The translations under genes and the position numbers were made by a program. A stretch of DNA of 64,000 nt, taken from the NCBI RefSeq assembly GCF_006345805.1, contig NC_043000.1, positions 151,528,001 through 151,592,000 of the forward strand, given 5' to 3'. Positions within the stretch are counted from its first letter, which is position 1, and each line of letters opens with the position of its first letter. This DNA comes from Octopus sinensis (lineage: Eukaryota). The notes beneath the pieces were generated by a model that was not told where the DNA came from, made no database searches, and saw nothing but the letters and a program-made list of their open reading frames with translations. This document shows positions 59,501 through 64,000 of the stretch, one piece after another.

Positions 59501-60695
59501 ATACTTCCCAGGAAAATAAATAAATAAACACTCCTAAGAAACAACTGCTAGAATAGTTTCCTGTGTGTTTCCTTCTTTCTAACTATATTAAGGGGCATTT
59601 TCGAACCCTAATATTTTTTTTGAGCTAAACTAATGCTCTGGTTTGAAATATTCTTTCTAAGTCCACTGATTATTTTTAAGTAATCAAAGCCTTATTCTTG
59701 ACAACCTAATTCTTGAAATACAAACATCCATTATCAATTACATATATATGTATATGTGTGTGTGTATGTGTGTGCCTAAACACTATTTGGTGTTAATATT
59801 TCAGTAATTTCCATAGTTGGGTGATCTACCAGTGCAAATCTGTCAACATTGTTGACTGCATTTTACAAAAAGCTATAGCTGTGCAAGGTCTGTTCAGAGT
59901 TGCCTCTCTTAGGTACCTCCCATTGATAAAAGCCAACTAGCTTGTCTGAGAGACCTGATAGGTGGCAACACTGAACAGATATTGTGTGTTTTCATACCTT
60001 TTTACCATAAGAGAAATATTAGATTCTTCAACTAGGAGTAGAAATTGGTTGGAGGATTCTGTTGACTTGCCTGCAAGTTATAAGTTGAAGTTCGTTGGTT
60101 TAATATAGATATCCTTAAGACAATTCATTATGTATTGCTAGTTGTCACAAACTTATATAAATTTGTATATTTTATAAGACATGAAGTTTGTGATGTGTAA
60201 ATTATTGAAATCTGGATTACAAGCAAGGAAATTTTCAAACACGATTAACTTGTGTTTGAATGTAGAAGAGGCAGGCAGCTGTTGAGGAAGAATTATGTTG
60301 AGATGTTGTGAAGATGTATGTAAATCTTTGTTCCTGTTTACTTTATTGAATAAACTGTTGTAAAAGGTAGGGTTAAGGGATTTGTATACCAGGACTTTAT
60401 ACAAATTAATATCTGGCTTAAATAAATAAGGGAGGAAAAAATCGCCATTGATATAATATAGTTGTGAAAGTAGAATCACAACATTTGCCGTAATCTGTTA
60501 CCCAGAGGCTGTGGCCATGCTGGGATACTTGTTTTTTTTTTGGGGAGGGGGGGGGTTAAAGTAATGTGAAGGATAATTAAGCACCTTCTTTGCTGTTTTG
60601 ATTATATGTAGGTTTACTGTAATTGAGAATTGTGTTGAAGCAATGACAAAAAAAAAGATAAATATTTTATAGAGATACTATATAGTAGTAGCACA

Positions 60696-61083
60696 AGGAG
60701 GCACAATGGCCCAGTGGTTAGGGCAGCGGACTCGCGGTCATAGGATCGCGGTTTCGATTCCCAGACCGGGCGTTGTGAGTGTTTATTGAGCGAAAACACC
60801 TAAAAGCTCCACGAGGCTCCGGCAGGGGATGGTGGTGATCCCTGCTGTACTCTTTCACCACAACTTTCTCTCACTCTTACTTCCTGTTTCTGTTGTACCT
60901 GTATTTCAAAGGGCCGGCCTTGTCACTCTCTGTGTCACGCTGAATATCCCTGAGAACTACGTTAAGGGTACATGTGTCTGTGGAGTGCTCAGCCACTTAC
61001 ACGTTAATTTCACGAGCAGGCTGTTCCGTTGATTCGGATCAACCGGAACCCTCATCGTCATAACCAATGGAGTGCTTCCAAAC
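60696..61083 (+). mobile_element. SINE family D
   Basis: 12-bp TSD AGTAGTAGCACA (60684-60695 / 61084-61095). Confidence 0.93.
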
Positions 61084-61452
61084 AGTAGTAGCACAGTTTG
61101 ACTTAATGAAATAACAGTTGTTAAATAAGTTATGAGTCCTGATTATCAGAATATAGGCTATTAAGTAGTAATACAATATTAAAACCCCCATCTTTATTTT
61201 CCCTGTTGATTTTTAAAAAGTTTATTTTTTTTAAGAACATTCCTATCTAAGAGGTAGTGATTAGGGATTCAGTAATTGCAGAACTTCTTATATAGAGTAA
61301 CTTGAACTTTGTACGGTGGAGTGCTAAAATGTCCCTGGCTTTAAGGCTATCACAAAAGGCCTAGTTGGAGGCCCAAACTTCTGAGTTCATTTACAGGGCT
61401 TAGAAAATTTGAAGGACTGCCGCAATAAGTCTGTGAACCTGAGAGGGGAATA

Positions 61453-61851
61453 TCTTTATATATAAAAGTGAAGTTGTGTGTCTGTCTCCTACAATTTAGA
61501 TTCCTAACTACTCCCACATTTTGCGGTACAGTGTAACCAAAAGCGGGTATCTTATAGTCGTGATTCATATCGAGCCCTTCTGGATATTAGCGCGCGTCTA
61601 CGATGAGTCTACGATTTAAAAAAAAATTTACCATAATTTTTTCCCATTTTAATGCATTTTTTTTTACTATTATATAAGGGAAGTAACTCGCTAAAAATGT
61701 ATTATTAAATCTCAGAACGTAAAAAGCTACAGTAACACCCCCCCCCTTTGTGGTTAGCCATATTGAGATGGCTATTATACTTGACATCTCTAAAAATGCT
61801 TATATAGTTGTTTCCCTTACAAACCCGAGCAACGCCGGGCAATACTGCTAG
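61453..61851 (+). mobile_element. Non-autonomous Helitron (family J)
   Basis: A|TC...CCCGAGCAACGCCGGG...CTAG|T. Confidence 0.87.
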
Positions 61852-62274
61852 TAAATAATAAAATCATAATTAACTGATCCTCCTGTATTTTATTTTACCC
61901 AAATCCAGAAACTTCTCAGCACCCCTTCATAAAAGACAAAAGCATGATGAGTTGAAGATAGCAAGACATTAGTGCTGAGAAGATCAACATTTAGCATGAA
62001 ATTATTGAATGAGGGAGTGAAGAGTGTTAATAAATTATTGTACAATTCAACAGCATTATAAACTGTTTTAGAGTTGTAAAAATAGATACTTCCAGCTTTC
62101 ACAAGATAATCTCAGATGTCGTACCTATTTGGAGTTGTTAATCAGAAAGTTGTCCAATGTATCCTTTTTAGTTATTAATGTTACAATCATGTCTGAAAAT
62201 TGTTATACCAAAAAAAAAAAAAAACAGTCAAACTAATGACACCATTGAGTTAATGTTATGTAATCATTTTGTAA

Positions 62275-62923
<649 letters not shown>

Positions 62924-63584
62924 TATTGGGAAAATATTTTCAAAAAAAATATTTTTATATTTTCCATCAACTCCAACATCACCATGTGTGTTTATTTTTC
63001 TATCCTGAATTACATCAGGCAAGCTTACATAATTTCTTCTCTCTGTCAAATATATTTTTGCTTATCAGCTGTAACTCGCCTGGGTAAATTGCACCATTGC
63101 ACAATTTTGTATGGATGTTTGCTGGAGCATCAGGCAGTGATAAAAGAGGCTTTGATATTCTTTCTGTCAATGCAGTGCTTTGATAAACTGAGTTTAATTA
63201 GAATGTTTTATTTATTGGATGAGTTCAATTTGGCATAAAAGCTGGTAAAACACCAGTCACACAGTCCATCACTTCTTACAACAAAGGAGGGTCTGTACTT
63301 GTTTGTCTGTAGTTTTTATTTTACTGATAAATGAGCTTGACTATTACAAGTTTAATGGTCATCCAAAGACATATACGGAGGCTAGTAAAGAGACACAAAC
63401 TGTCAGCCCTCTGATAAGCCATTCCCTATTTGGCCAGTTGTAACATTCTCTGTTCTGACCTTACCTACCTTTGCTATAACAGATCTCTTCTCTACAACAT
63501 CAAACTATATTGTCATATTTTCATTTATCTAATTTTGCCTTTGCAACATATTACCTTTTTGACTAATTAATGTCGATAAGCAAT

Positions 63585-63950
63585 AGGCTATGTGGTTAAG
63601 GAGTTGCTTTGCTTCTGAACCACATGGCTTCAGGTTCAATCTCATTGCATGGCACTTTGGATAAGTGTCTTCTATAGCCTCTGACTGACCAAAGCTTGAA
63701 AGTGGATCAGTGGAAACTGAAAACCAGCCTATCATTATACATGTGTGTGTGTGTGTGTGTGTGTAAACACACCTACACTCATGCACACACGTGAAACAGC
63801 TATCTTTTAGTTTCCTTCTACAAGACTCACTGTAAAGCTTTTGGTTGACCCAAGGCTTTACTAGACGACACTTGCTAAAGGTGTCGTGCAATGGAACTGA
63901 ACATGAAACCGTATGTGGCTGGGAAGCAGACTTCTTACCGAATAGCCACG
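63585..63950. mobile_element. Two old family A 5' halves in inverted orientation joined at (GT)n/(AC)n
   Basis: Plus-strand head about 63585-63775, minus-strand head about 63790-63950. Confidence 0.6.
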
Positions 63951-63972
63951 ACAACATATATATATATATATA

Positions 63973-64000
63973 TCATCATCATCATCATCGTTTAATGTCC
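63973..64000 (-). mobile_element. Family C tail (cut by window edge)
   Basis: (CAT)n-CGTTTAATGTCC. Confidence 0.7.

Overview
AT-rich eukaryotic (animal) genomic DNA dense in SINEs, LINE remnants, MITEs and (AT)n/(AC)n microsatellites. The repeat complement most resembles a coleoid cephalopod (Octopus-like) genome; this is from recall, not a database search. There are no prokaryotic features, rRNA, true tRNA genes or CRISPR. Two protein-coding genes are reconstructable by hand. (1) On +, nine consecutive phase-compatible exons (40604-62433) encode an orthologue of PHAF1/C16orf70 (UPF0183); its first coding exon was not found and its 3' end lies beyond the window. (2) On -, four phase-compatible GT-AG exons (15030 to 1462) encode about 165 aa of a protein I cannot name. 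Repeat families carry my own labels. A = tRNA-head SINE with CORE-like box, internal microsatellite and (AAGAGT)n tail. B = tRNA-head SINE with two tail variants, B1 and B2. C = RTE-LINE 3' UTR copies with (GAT)n tail. D and E = other tRNA-head SINEs. Also present: three decayed RTE LINEs, an internally deleted Tc1/mariner element, hAT-type and TTAA/piggyBac-type MITEs, non-autonomous Helitrons and a foldback element. Most striking is a 290-bp near-perfect palindrome (10338-10627) made of two inverted Penelope-like fragments, each carrying a minimal type I hammerhead-like motif with a swapped G3-C8 core pair. Two more hammerhead-like motifs lie at 18825 and 12239. Nearly all ORFs in the supplied track are repeat-derived artefacts.
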